A DNA stretch of 63,996 nt, filler included, from Nanobdellati archaeon (GTDB lineage: Archaea; Nanobdellota; Nanobdellia; Woesearchaeales; JAADFO01): NCBI GenBank assembly GCA_013152815.1. It is 4 parts of 4 records of this genome, joined end to end, with 100 filler letters (N's around TTAATTAATTAA, not from the genome) between each part and the next. Parts side by side here need not be neighbours in the genome. Positions count along the whole stretch, not along the records: positions 1 to 30,397 come from JAADFO010000024.1; 3 more parts are not named here. One strand, 5' to 3'. Position numbers and translations under genes: made by a program. This document shows, piece by piece, positions 1-9,035 of the stretch (its first letter is position 1; every line of letters starts with the position of its first letter). The notes under the pieces were generated by a model. The model had not been told where the DNA came from, did no database searches, and was given only the letters and a program-made list of their open reading frames with translations.

Positions 1-2
1 CC

Positions 3-92
3 GCAGAACTGGTCCGGCTCGGATACACCAATGTGTCAAACCTTATCGGCGGTTTGAACGAATGGAAGCTGGACTCGCTGCCTGTCGGATAG
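3..92 (+). CDS. 3' end of a rhodanese-like domain protein (partial at window edge)
   Basis: Manual translation AELVRLGYTNVSNLIGGLNEWKLDSLPVG*, matching the rhodanese C-terminal 'G(F/Y)xNVxxLxGGxxxW' pattern. Confidence 0.75.
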   Translation, partial: AELVRLGYTNVSNLIGGLNEWKLDSLPVG

Positions 93-289
93 GATCTGGC
101 CCTCGAACGAAGGCACCGGGCGGAAACATAGACAAGACATGATGCCCGGTCACCAGCGTATTTTTCGCCTGTCCAGTGCCGGTGCAATGCTTGTTTATGA
201 TAAGATATAAGAATAATGCCTATGGGCTATCGTATCTGGTTATCCTTTGGTCATCCGGCCACTCAAGATCATCAACATCATCCCTATCC

Positions 290-769
290 ATGAAACGTAT
301 CAAGCCAGACCACTACAAAAGATTCGCTCCCGCTATCCTCAGGATAGGCCTTGCTCTGGTCTTCCTGTGGTTCGGCATCAGTCAGCTGGTCAATCCTGCG
401 AGCTTCATCGGCTATGTCCCCCAATGGATCGCGCCCCATGGTCACTCCATCGTCCATGAGCACCCCTTCCAGTTCATCCATGATGTGCCGATCCCTTCTG
501 TTCATATCCTGCTCATGGCAAATGGCGTTCTGGAGACTCTTTTCGGCTTACTGCTCCTCCTCGGGTTCTGGACACGGATAAGCGCAGCCATCCTTGCACT
601 GCATCTCTTCGGCATCGCCATCAGCCTTGGCTATAATGATATCATGATCCGTGATCTTGGCCTTGTCCTGGCGTTGGTATCCGTCTTCCTTGCCGGACCT
701 GATCCCTGGTGTCTTGATTCGAGGGTCAGAAGGGACGCTGCGGCGGCCAGCCGGGGTACAGCACCTTGA
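290..769 (+). CDS. DoxX-family membrane protein with His-rich loop
   Basis: ILRIGLALVFLWFG, ETLFGLLLLLGFWTR and RDLGL motifs; ATG at 290 preferred over the GTG at 176. Confidence 0.8.
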   Translation: MKRIKPDHYKRFAPAILRIGLALVFLWFGISQLVNPASFIGYVPQWIAPHGHSIVHEHPFQFIHDVPIPSVHILLMANGVLETLFGLLLLLGFWTRISAAILALHLFGIAISLGYNDIMIRDLGLVLALVSVFLAGPDPWCLDSRVRRDAAAASRGTAP

Positions 770-778
770 GGCTCCTGA

Positions 779-1118
779 AACCCTTCCTTCCTGTCCCTCT
801 TCATCATTCTCCTGCTTTTCATCTACGCTCTCGACCTGGCTGTCCCGCTGCTCATCCTCATCCTGTACTTCGACAGGATCAAGAACACGCGGTTCTGGAA
901 GTTCGTGAAAGGGAGAGCCTTCACCGTGCATCCGGGTGTTCATCCCTTTACCTTCCATGCTGCCTGCATCATATCGGGAACGCTCCTCATCATCCTCAGC
1001 CACCCGCATCTACAATGATCTCCTGTTCACGCTCAACCAATACGCCCTGCAGACAGGGTTTGTGCAGAATATCATCATCAGAGGAGAAGAATGGCTCAAA
1101 AACCCGTTCATAGGATGA
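779..1118 (+). pseudogene. Frameshifted C-terminal remnant of a CcdA/DsbD-like membrane protein
   Basis: Start-less frame FLSLFIILLLFIYALDLAVPLLILILYFDRIKNTRFWKFVKG...ISGTLLIILS stops at 1018; it continues in another frame as IYNDLLFTLNQYALQ...EEWLKNPFIG*. Confidence 0.5.
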
Positions 1119-1615
1119 ACAAGCCAAGGAAGCGCAGGCTGTCTGCGACCTCTGCTTCTCCATCGGCGAAGCATGCTGTGCCCCTGGGGATCACTGTTCG
1201 AGAAAAAGAAGAAGACAGGAAAAGCAGCTATTGGCTCATCGGGCTGCTCACGAGCATCGGCCTCATCCTGCTCTTCGGCATACCCACCGCGCTCATCCCG
1301 ACACCCTGGTTCGTCCGGATGATCCCCTCCACCTTCTCTGACTATGCCTTTCTTGTCCTCACTGCTGTCCTGTTGGGGGCCTATCTCGGGGTCCATCTCT
1401 ACAAGAAGAACAGTTCCCCGCTGTGCGATACGGTCTCCTTTTCCGGAGGCCTTGCAGGGTTTCTTGCCTTTGGCTGTCCCATCTGCAACCAGCTCCTGGT
1501 GCTGCTCTTCGGCACCACGGCACTCCTGGCCTATCTGGAACCCTATCGGCCCATCCTTGGATCGGTGAGCACCGCCATCCTGGCCGGCGCGCTCTGGTGG
1601 AGAATACGAAACTAG
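1115..1615 (+). CDS. Uncharacterised membrane protein with CPxC motif
   Basis: About 4 hydrophobic segments, GIPTALIPTPWF and GCPICNQLLV motifs. Confidence 0.75.
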   Translation: MNKPRKRRLSATSASPSAKHAVPLGITVREKEEDRKSSYWLIGLLTSIGLILLFGIPTALIPTPWFVRMIPSTFSDYAFLVLTAVLLGAYLGVHLYKKNSSPLCDTVSFSGGLAGFLAFGCPICNQLLVLLFGTTALLAYLEPYRPILGSVSTAILAGALWWRIRN

Positions 1616-1618
1616 CTG

Positions 1619-1891
1619 CTAGATGCCGAAGGACTCCTGGAACTTCTTCACCCTCCTGAACTCATTGACAAAATCATGCCCCTTATCTGTTATGATAAGG
1701 TACTTGTAGTTCTTCTGCCTGACCTCTTTGACCATCTCATTCCTGAGAAGATCGTCCAGATAGGTGTTGAGAAGCTTATGGGAGAGGTTTGCCTTGTACA
1801 TCAGGTGGGTCGGTTTGATCCTTCCGCCCTTGGTCTGGATAGAGCTTAGCATATCGTTGATGATCTCGATCTTGGTGCGTCGGACGCTCAT
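1619..1891 (-). CDS. Small winged-helix transcriptional regulator (archaeal COG3432/HTH_45-like)
   Basis: RRTKIEIINDML...KPTHLMYKANLS...YLIITDKG pattern. Confidence 0.85.
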   Translation of the reverse strand: MSVRRTKIEIINDMLSSIQTKGGRIKPTHLMYKANLSHKLLNTYLDDLLRNEMVKEVRQKNYKYLIITDKGHDFVNEFRRVKKFQESFGI

Positions 1892-2574
1892 TTTTTGGAC
1901 ACCGTCTTGTAGTATTGCACCAGAAGGAAGATGAAGCCAAGGAGCTGGAACGCCTCAGCAACGACATACATCTCGGCCGACAGCGAAGTGAAAATATAAG
2001 ATATCTGGCTCAGCAGCAGAAGGGAGAATGCCATGGCCATCTTCTTCATGCATCTGTCCTTCCTGGTCGTGCAGATACTCAGATAATATTTCACGATGAA
2101 CCCAAGGATGACTGCTGCTATGATATGGAACATGAAGAGCGTCTCTGTCTCGAGAAAGGTGGCGATGGTCACGAGCAGGATGCCGGTGACCCAAAGCTGA
2201 TGCCGGTCCTTCGACTGGTAGACGATGTTGAAGAATCCCCAGATGCCCAGCAGGAAGAAGAGCCTATAGAGCACGATGAGGACGACAATGAACAGGTATA
2301 TCTGATAGGACGTGTGATAGGTGACGATGAACCGGCCTATGGTGCGTTCGACGGTCTGCGAATTATAGACCGTGACGTTCGTCAGAGCCTTGAAGAGCAG
2401 ACTCAGCGATATGGAGGCGAAGGAAAGGCCCACAATCCTGTATTTCTTCTCTCCGGTGAACTTCCATGTCCTGAAGGCCTGCAGGGAGATGAGCACCGTG
2501 ACGATCAGGGAGAAGAACTCGAAAAGTGAATCTATGTTGAAGAACCAGTCAGGTGAAAAGACGAGGCGTATCAT
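1888..2574 (-). CDS. 6-7 TM membrane protein, putative sensor, translationally coupled to the wHTH gene
   Basis: 228 aa, multiple hydrophobic helices, 4-nt stop/start overlap with 1619..1891. Confidence 0.75.
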   Translation of the reverse strand: MIRLVFSPDWFFNIDSLFEFFSLIVTVLISLQAFRTWKFTGEKKYRIVGLSFASISLSLLFKALTNVTVYNSQTVERTIGRFIVTYHTSYQIYLFIVVLIVLYRLFFLLGIWGFFNIVYQSKDRHQLWVTGILLVTIATFLETETLFMFHIIAAVILGFIVKYYLSICTTRKDRCMKKMAMAFSLLLLSQISYIFTSLSAEMYVVAEAFQLLGFIFLLVQYYKTVSKK

Positions 2575-2681
2575 GACAGGATGTTGATGAAAATCGCTTT
2601 AAAAAGCTTATGGAAGAAGGAAGACGATGGCAATAAAAAAGAAAGAACCGGACAAGCCTGCGGTTGTCCATCCTGCCTTGT

Positions 2682-2912
2682 TTATGCTCCCAATGCCTGT
2701 TCGATGGCAGGCTGGTTGAAGCCGACGATGATAGTTCCGTTGATGTCCAGGACAGGGACGCCTCGCTGCCCTGACTTGGCGATCATCTCCTTGGCAGCCT
2801 CCATGTCCTGGGAGACGTCGATATCCTTGAACGGGACACCTTTCTCTCCGAGATATTGCTTTGCCTTGGCGCACCAAGGGCATCCTGGGGTTGAATAGAC
2901 TTTGACTTCCAT
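2682..2912 (-). CDS. Glutaredoxin-like / NrdH-redoxin
   Basis: VKVYSTPGCPWC...GQRGVPVLDING...VGFN. Confidence 0.9.
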   Translation of the reverse strand: MEVKVYSTPGCPWCAKAKQYLGEKGVPFKDIDVSQDMEAAKEMIAKSGQRGVPVLDINGTIIVGFNQPAIEQALGA

Positions 2913-2979
2913 GGTTTCCACCTCGTGGTCGTTGATTCATGCAAAGTTTTGGGTTTCGTTATCTCTGTGGTCTCACTGC

Positions 2980-3336
2980 TCACAGTTTGATCTTCAGCTT
3001 ACCGATTTTTATGCCTTTCCTTAGTTTCTCCCTAAACGTCGGCTCTTCGGGCAGTTCCTTGCCATAGCTCAGGTCAAGGTACTTGTTCATGCTCTTGCTG
3101 GACTGCACACCCATCAGACCGATGGCCTGAGGGTATCCCGGCCCCTTGATGATGAAAGTCGGGACGCTCATCACATTGAAGGATTTCGCTTTCCGCTGTC
3201 CCTCATGGGACATGGTGGACAGTTCGATGAGCTGAAAATCATCACGTTCCTGTCTGAATTCCCTGATGAATGTCTTTGCTGCCGGACAGTTGGGGCATGT
3301 CGGCGAAGTGAACAGGTACACCTTTGTCAGTGCCAT
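2980..3336 (-). CDS. Thioredoxin-fold protein
   Basis: LFTSPTCPNCP and VMSVPTF (cis-Pro loop); start taken at MALTKVY. Confidence 0.85.
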   Translation of the reverse strand: MALTKVYLFTSPTCPNCPAAKTFIREFRQERDDFQLIELSTMSHEGQRKAKSFNVMSVPTFIIKGPGYPQAIGLMGVQSSKSMNKYLDLSYGKELPEEPTFREKLRKGIKIGKLKIKL

Positions 3337-3491
3337 ACGATGGTTGCCTTCTGTTCTCTTTTTAAGGTTTATGAAAGAAAAAATGCCTGTTTCTGCAGCC
3401 TGCAGCGATGCCATCCCCTGATGCTTTCTGTATCTTCTTCATATTTGTATGGTCCACCTTTCTGACGCAGGGAGGGGTCCTTCCTTTCAGT

Positions 3492-4208
3492 TCACGCCGT
3501 GCGTAGAGTGTAGTAGACCCTTCGGTTGTTCTTTCCCTTGTTCTCTGCTTTGGTGAAGACGATCTTTCCGATCTCTCTTGTCGACCTGACATGTGTCCCT
3601 CCGTCTGCCTGGCGGTCAAAGCCTTCGATATCCACGATGCGCAGCTGTTTCACTGCTGGCGGCAGGACGCCGGCAAGTTTCACCATCTCAGGGATATGCA
3701 ATGCCTCTTCCCGGTCCATGTAGTACACTTTTATGGGAAGGTCCTTCTCGGCAATCGCCTGGGCCATCTCGAAGTAGGCTGCCATCTTCTCCCTGTCAAA
3801 TTCCTCCAGAGAGAAATCGATCCGACCTTTGGCGATATCCAGCTGGTTGCCGGTGATGAGCGCGCCCGCTTCCTTGTTGAAGACGCCTGAAAGGATATGA
3901 GCGGCTGTATGATATCTCATCAGCGCATATCGTCTGTCCCAATCGATGATCCCCTGTACCTTGTCTCCCTGCTTCAGGCCCGCCTTATCCACCTCATGGG
4001 AGATGTCTCCCGAGAATTTTCCGGTAAAGACCACCCTGAACGTCTCTCCATCCCGCAGGAGCGTTCCTGTATCATGAGGCTGTCCTCCGCCGTTCGGATA
4101 GAATGCGGTCTTGTCCAGGACGATGTATCTCCCGTCTTTGACTGATGTTATCGTCGCCTCAAACTCTTTCAGGTAAGCATCGTCCATATACAGCGCCTTT
4201 GCCATCAT
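3492..4208 (-). CDS. alaX: Alanyl-tRNA editing protein AlaX-M
   Basis: TAFYPNGGGQPHDTG, RYHTAAH (HxxxH), DGGTHV, KGKNNRR. Confidence 0.92.
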   Translation of the reverse strand: MMAKALYMDDAYLKEFEATITSVKDGRYIVLDKTAFYPNGGGQPHDTGTLLRDGETFRVVFTGKFSGDISHEVDKAGLKQGDKVQGIIDWDRRYALMRYHTAAHILSGVFNKEAGALITGNQLDIAKGRIDFSLEEFDREKMAAYFEMAQAIAEKDLPIKVYYMDREEALHIPEMVKLAGVLPPAVKQLRIVDIEGFDRQADGGTHVRSTREIGKIVFTKAENKGKNNRRVYYTLRTA

Positions 4209-4327
4209 ATCACCACCTCACACCTGCTGGAAAATCATCCTGCCCTATTTAAATGCTCTGCTTGAGTTAGCCTTGAGGACGACAATATTTAAATACATCC
4301 GGGCCATCTTCTTCACGGTGATATGCG

Positions 4328-4534
4328 ATGGGTTTCACGAAATGCCATAACTGCAACAACAAGGTTCCTGTGGGGGGGCAATGCAACGGCTGTGGTTTTG
4401 TCCATGGTCTGATGAGACCGCCGAGCGACAGCGAGTTCCTCCAGGCAAGGAAGATCAACGAGAACCATGCTTATGAGCAGTTCCGCAACATCGACATGCT
4501 GGTCCTCGAGCATGAACAGAAGCTGAGACGCTAG
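4328..4534 (+). CDS. Small zinc-ribbon protein
   Basis: CHNC and CNGC pairs in 68 aa; TATA-like TTTAAATA about 40 nt upstream. Confidence 0.65.
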   Translation: MGFTKCHNCNNKVPVGGQCNGCGFVHGLMRPPSDSEFLQARKINENHAYEQFRNIDMLVLEHEQKLRR

Positions 4535-4649
4535 CTGCCGGTTCTTTGACCTTCTTTTATCATCCCTTCTCTTCTGAGTGTCCGGTGTTCTTGCGCGTCC
4601 AGTTCTTGTGCCAAACCTTTATATATCGTATGAGCCCCCATTCTGGCTT

Positions 4650-6413
4650 ATGCAACAGCACATCGCCATTGTCGACAAGACCAAGTGTCGGTCTTCTGAC
4701 TGCGGAAAGGAATGCATCAAGTACGACCCCATCAACCGGAGCGGAGGGGAAGGCTTCCATCTGGGAGATGACGGGAAGGCCGAGATCGGTGAGGAGCAGG
4801 TCACTGAGATGCACAAGATCTGTGCAAAGATGTGTCCCTATGATGCCATCAAGATAGTCAAGCTTCCTGCTGAGCTGCACAAGGAACCGGTCCATTGCTA
4901 TGGCCAGAACCAGTTCCGGCTCTATAATCTTCCCATACCGATGTTCGGGAAAGTGGTCGGTATCCTCGGAAGGAACGGCATCGGCAAGTCGACGGCCATC
5001 CAGATCCTGGCAGGGGCCATCACCCCCAACTTCGGCGATTTCAGCAGGAACGATAAAGCATCCTACACAGAGATCATCGGCCATTTCAAGGGAACAGAGG
5101 CCCAGGTCTTCTTCGAGAAGATCCGCGACGGAAAGATAACCGTCTCCTATAAGCCGCAGCAGGTCGACCTCATACCGCAAAGCGCTAGGGGAACGGTCCG
5201 CGAGCTGCTGCAGAACATCGATGAGGAGGCAAAGCTCGGACAGCTTGCTGAGCAGCTGGAGCTCACCGGCTTCCTGGACACAGACATCGGCAAGATATCA
5301 GGAGGCGAGCTGCAGCGGACGGCAATAGCTGCGACCGTCCTGAAGAAGGCCAACCTCTACATCTTCGACGAGCCGAGCAGCTATCTTGACATCAAGCAGC
5401 GCATCAAGATGGCCAAGTTCATCAGAGGCCTTGCCGATGAGCATACGGCCGTCATGGTGGTCGAGCACGATCTGGTCGTGCTGGATTACATGACCGACCT
5501 CATCCATATGATGTACGGAGATGAAGGAAGCTATGGCATCGTCTCTCAGCCCAAGGCCAGCAGGGTGGGCATGAACGTCTATCTTTCCGGCTACCTGAAG
5601 GAAGAGAACATCCGTTTCCGATCGAAGGGCATCACTTTCACCGTCAACAGCCGACCGAAGAAGCTCAAGCATGTCCGGCTGACCGAATGGAAGGACATCC
5701 ATGCGGTCCTGGGAACTTTTCGCTTCTCCTCTGCCAAAGGTCATCTCGACAAGGGGGTGGTGACAGGCATCGTGGGCGAGAACGGCATCGGAAAGACATC
5801 GTTTGTCAGGATACTTGCCCATGACCTCGAAGCCTTCGAAGGAGATATCCTGGAGAAGGTCACGGTCTCCTACAAGCCCCAATATCTCACTGCCACGACT
5901 ATGACGGTCATGGAATTCCTCAAGGATGCCGTCAAGAATCACACCAGCACCCTCATCGGTCCTCTGGACATAACCCCCCTGCTGATGAAGCGGCTGGACC
6001 AGCTCTCCGGCGGGGAGCTCCAGCGGGTCTCTGTCGTCCATTGCCTCTCAGCGGAGGCCGACCTCTACCTCCTCGACGAACCCTCTGCCTATCTTGACGT
6101 GGAGCAGCGTCTCATCATCTCCAAGGTCATCAAGGATTTTGCCCTGACCAGGGACTGTTCGATCGCAGTCGTCGACCATGACCTGGTCTTCATCGACTAT
6201 CTCTCTGATGAGCTGCTCGTCTTCAAGGGCATCCCTGCAGAGAACGGAGAAGCTTTGGGACCCTATGCCATGGCTGAAGGCATGAACCTCTTCCTCAGGG
6301 ACCTTCAGATTACCCTGCGCAGGGACATGGAAAGCAAACGACCCAGGATAAACAAGCCGGGGTCACAGAAAGACCAGGAGCAGCGACGCTCAGGAAAGCT
6401 GTATTATGCTTGA
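4650..6413 (+). CDS. rli: Ribosome recycling ATPase ABCE1/RLI
   Basis: N-terminal Fe-S domain, two NBDs (GRNGIGKS, GENGIGKT; ISGGELQ, LSGGELQ), C-terminal RPRINKPGSQKD. Confidence 0.97.
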   Translation: MQQHIAIVDKTKCRSSDCGKECIKYDPINRSGGEGFHLGDDGKAEIGEEQVTEMHKICAKMCPYDAIKIVKLPAELHKEPVHCYGQNQFRLYNLPIPMFGKVVGILGRNGIGKSTAIQILAGAITPNFGDFSRNDKASYTEIIGHFKGTEAQVFFEKIRDGKITVSYKPQQVDLIPQSARGTVRELLQNIDEEAKLGQLAEQLELTGFLDTDIGKISGGELQRTAIAATVLKKANLYIFDEPSSYLDIKQRIKMAKFIRGLADEHTAVMVVEHDLVVLDYMTDLIHMMYGDEGSYGIVSQPKASRVGMNVYLSGYLKEENIRFRSKGITFTVNSRPKKLKHVRLTEWKDIHAVLGTFRFSSAKGHLDKGVVTGIVGENGIGKTSFVRILAHDLEAFEGDILEKVTVSYKPQYLTATTMTVMEFLKDAVKNHTSTLIGPLDITPLLMKRLDQLSGGELQRVSVVHCLSAEADLYLLDEPSAYLDVEQRLIISKVIKDFALTRDCSIAVVDHDLVFIDYLSDELLVFKGIPAENGEALGPYAMAEGMNLFLRDLQITLRRDMESKRPRINKPGSQKDQEQRRSGKLYYA

Positions 6414-6414
6414 T

Positions 6415-6834
6415 TCAGAGACCGCGTCTTTTCTTGCCTAACCACCTGCCAAACCGTTTGCTGATGCTGCGATGCGCAAGCAGTGACGCAGGAGTCTTGA
6501 TCTTGGCAAGTTCCACAGGCGTGACCTTGACCTTTTTGATAAATCTCTCTTGTTCCTTCTTGAAGAGCTGTTCAAACTCGTCGTAAAGATCCACCATCTC
6601 ATGAACGTAGTGAGCATCTTTGCTGTGTGGCGATTCCCATACGACCATGCCATCGACAACTCTTTTCTGCAGATCCTTGTTTATCTCGACGACGCGTTTG
6701 AGTATCTTTTTCATCTTCTTGCGGTGCTTGAACCATTTCCTTGCATTCTGATAGCCGCTTTCTAGCACAAAGAACTGCAGATTCATCTCAGTATATTTTT
6801 CTATGAAGAAGTCATGAAAGTTAATCTTGCGCAT
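6415..6834 (-). CDS. Hypothetical protein
   Basis: 139-aa ORF with upstream GGGAGAG and TATA-like sequence; no recognisable motif. Confidence 0.6.
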   Translation of the reverse strand: MRKINFHDFFIEKYTEMNLQFFVLESGYQNARKWFKHRKKMKKILKRVVEINKDLQKRVVDGMVVWESPHSKDAHYVHEMVDLYDEFEQLFKKEQERFIKKVKVTPVELAKIKTPASLLAHRSISKRFGRWLGKKRRGL

Positions 6835-6887
6835 GACTCTCCCGTTGCATCGTTGTCTATTTAATTATTTCGATTCAACTTCTCTTT

Positions 6888-7454
6888 CTAGCCCGCCTTT
6901 CTGAATCCGAAGATCATCCCAGCCAGAGCGAAGAGTACCATGAGCGTATATCCTGCGCTCGTCACGAACAGGTTCTTCTTCGGTATCTTGCGGACTATGG
7001 TCCTTGGCGGTCTCGGTGTCGCTGTTGAAAGCATATCGCTGTCTTTATCTTCTTCGGATATCGCCTGCGGATCGATGGCGCTCAGCCGGATGCCTACCCC
7101 TGGATAGAGCGCCACCGGAAACCGATCGTCGACGACCGATGCGAAGATGGTATCCTCCACATAGGGATTGTCTCCTGTCCTGTCGAAGGAGACCTGCATC
7201 TGTCTGCTCTCTTCCGCCATCAGGTCGAGAAAATCATCGCTGAGATGGAATCCTGTCCGGTCTCCCTTGACTCCCCCGGGGCCCCTGAGTCTCATCATCA
7301 CCCTGATCGGTTCGTCGTTCGGGTTCATCACCCGAAAGGTCCTTTCTGTCCGGTCTTTACCGAAGAAGAGGACATCGGGAGAGACCGCGAGCCTCAGAGC
7401 AGCTGCAGAAGGCACGATGAGAAGCACCAGGGCTATCAGGATCAGCCGGATCAT
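6888..7454 (-). CDS. Secreted, membrane-anchored Ig/PapD-like protein
   Basis: Signal peptide, 'LAVSPDVLFF...TFRVMNPNDEPIRV' beta-sandwich pattern, C-terminal TM helix plus basic tail. Confidence 0.65.
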   Translation of the reverse strand: MIRLILIALVLLIVPSAAALRLAVSPDVLFFGKDRTERTFRVMNPNDEPIRVMMRLRGPGGVKGDRTGFHLSDDFLDLMAEESRQMQVSFDRTGDNPYVEDTIFASVVDDRFPVALYPGVGIRLSAIDPQAISEEDKDSDMLSTATPRPPRTIVRKIPKKNLFVTSAGYTLMVLFALAGMIFGFRKAG

Positions 7455-8857
7455 GAGGTTACACCGTAGAGGTAGATGTTGCCGCTATACGCTCCAGGTA
7501 TGTCGTCGGGAAGCGGCTCGAACCGCAGGCTCAGTTCGTTGAATGACGCTTCCCCCGGGCCAAGACCGAGCGGGACGGTTGTCGGCTCTTCGCTCAGGAC
7601 ACCGGAAAGGTCTCCGACGAAGGCGTCCTCATGGAAACTGTAGGAGAAGCTGTCCAGCGAAAGGATGTCCTCTTCGCTGTAGAACGCATCCCCATAGATG
7701 CTGATGTCCAGTCGGGTGTTGCCGATGTTCTGTATGGTCGGCCTGTCCGGCGTGGTCATGTCCTGGTCGCCGATGACCTGGGAACGGTCGCCGATGGCGG
7801 AACGGAAGGTCAGTGCCGATGCGTCAGCGTCGATGGCGACGAGCGGCATGACCTCAACAGATGCCACCGCAGAGCTACCGTCGATGGACACGTTGATGAT
7901 ATAGTTTCCCGGTGCCTGATGGAACGGCAAGGGCAGGTTGGTGCTGAAAAGGGCTGCCGTCTCGCTGAGATTCTCTGTATTTCTCATCTCGTAGCTCTTT
8001 CCGTCGAAGACCAGGTTCGGGTCCTGCATGCCCTCGATACCGTCAGGGTCGTCCTCCTCTGCTTCGACGAGCAGGCTTCGTCCCCTTCCAGCCGCAGGAT
8101 AATATTGGATGCCTTCCTTCCCGTCATCCTCGTCCGGCGGAAGCGAAAAGATAGAGACCTCTGCCCCATTGTCCAGGATGGTCGCGGTCACCGAGATGCT
8201 GACTTCTCCTTTTTCTTTACTCTGTGCATTGTGGAACACAGGCTGTTCATCGATGATGAAATCCTTAGCATTGTTATCAGTATCCATGTCGACCGGCGTT
8301 CGCTTTAGCGTGGCTCCTTCTTCGCTCTCGTTGGTGGGTGTTCCCTCAAAGAGGCCATCCTCGATATTTTCAGGGGTTCCCCAGCCTACGGCATCCTGGA
8401 GCGTGCCATCGATGATGAGCGCAACGCCTGAATCGCTGTTGTAGAAGGTGAGCGTCTCTTCGTAGTCTGCAGACGGCCACTCAAGATCGTCCTTGGACGC
8501 ATCCCATCCTGTATCGGCGATGAGATAGTATCCTTCCGCAGGGATGCTGCTGCCGTTGGGGAGGGTCGCATCCGCTTCCTGGGATTCGCTCTTCAGGACG
8601 GCGAAGGACAGGTCCACCGCGACATCGTTGGGGTTGTAGAGTTCTATGGCTTCCCCTCCTGACTCATCGGCCGGATCGTACATCACCTGCGATATGAGGA
8701 TGTTCTCCGCAGCCACAACAGAGTGTGGAAAGAGTCCTATGGCAATCAATAGCAGGGCAGTCATCGCAGCACACCGATAACATGAATGAACTGCCCGCCT
8801 CTCTTTCCTCCCCGCCCTCTCTGCTATTCCCTTTCCTCTCATCATCGACGGTTCCAT
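7451..8857 (-). CDS. Secreted lamin-tail-domain protein with acidic C-terminal beta-sandwich scaffold
   Basis: Hydrophobic signal segment, then ILISQVMYDP...EAIELYNP...IPAEGYYLI (LTD pattern); exact start uncertain. Confidence 0.8.
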   Translation of the reverse strand: MEPSMMRGKGIAERAGRKERRAVHSCYRCAAMTALLLIAIGLFPHSVVAAENILISQVMYDPADESGGEAIELYNPNDVAVDLSFAVLKSESQEADATLPNGSSIPAEGYYLIADTGWDASKDDLEWPSADYEETLTFYNSDSGVALIIDGTLQDAVGWGTPENIEDGLFEGTPTNESEEGATLKRTPVDMDTDNNAKDFIIDEQPVFHNAQSKEKGEVSISVTATILDNGAEVSIFSLPPDEDDGKEGIQYYPAAGRGRSLLVEAEEDDPDGIEGMQDPNLVFDGKSYEMRNTENLSETAALFSTNLPLPFHQAPGNYIINVSIDGSSAVASVEVMPLVAIDADASALTFRSAIGDRSQVIGDQDMTTPDRPTIQNIGNTRLDISIYGDAFYSEEDILSLDSFSYSFHEDAFVGDLSGVLSEEPTTVPLGLGPGEASFNELSLRFEPLPDDIPGAYSGNIYLYGVTS

Positions 8858-9035
8858 GACGACAGGAACAGCATGCCTCTTAACATTCCTTTCTGGAGAA
8901 TATCTGAAACCTTTCCTTCTCTCTCGGAAAGACAGAGAATAACGGCACAGGATTTCCTCTATCTTGCCTGTTCATAAGGAAAATGTCCGGAGGAAGCGTT
9001 CAGCATCCTTTCTGTCTTTTCTTTTTTATTCCTCT

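Noticed and set aside
766..1113. 115-aa ORF from the track
   Set aside because: No plausible composition; the other two frames carry the hydrophobic CcdA-like remnant
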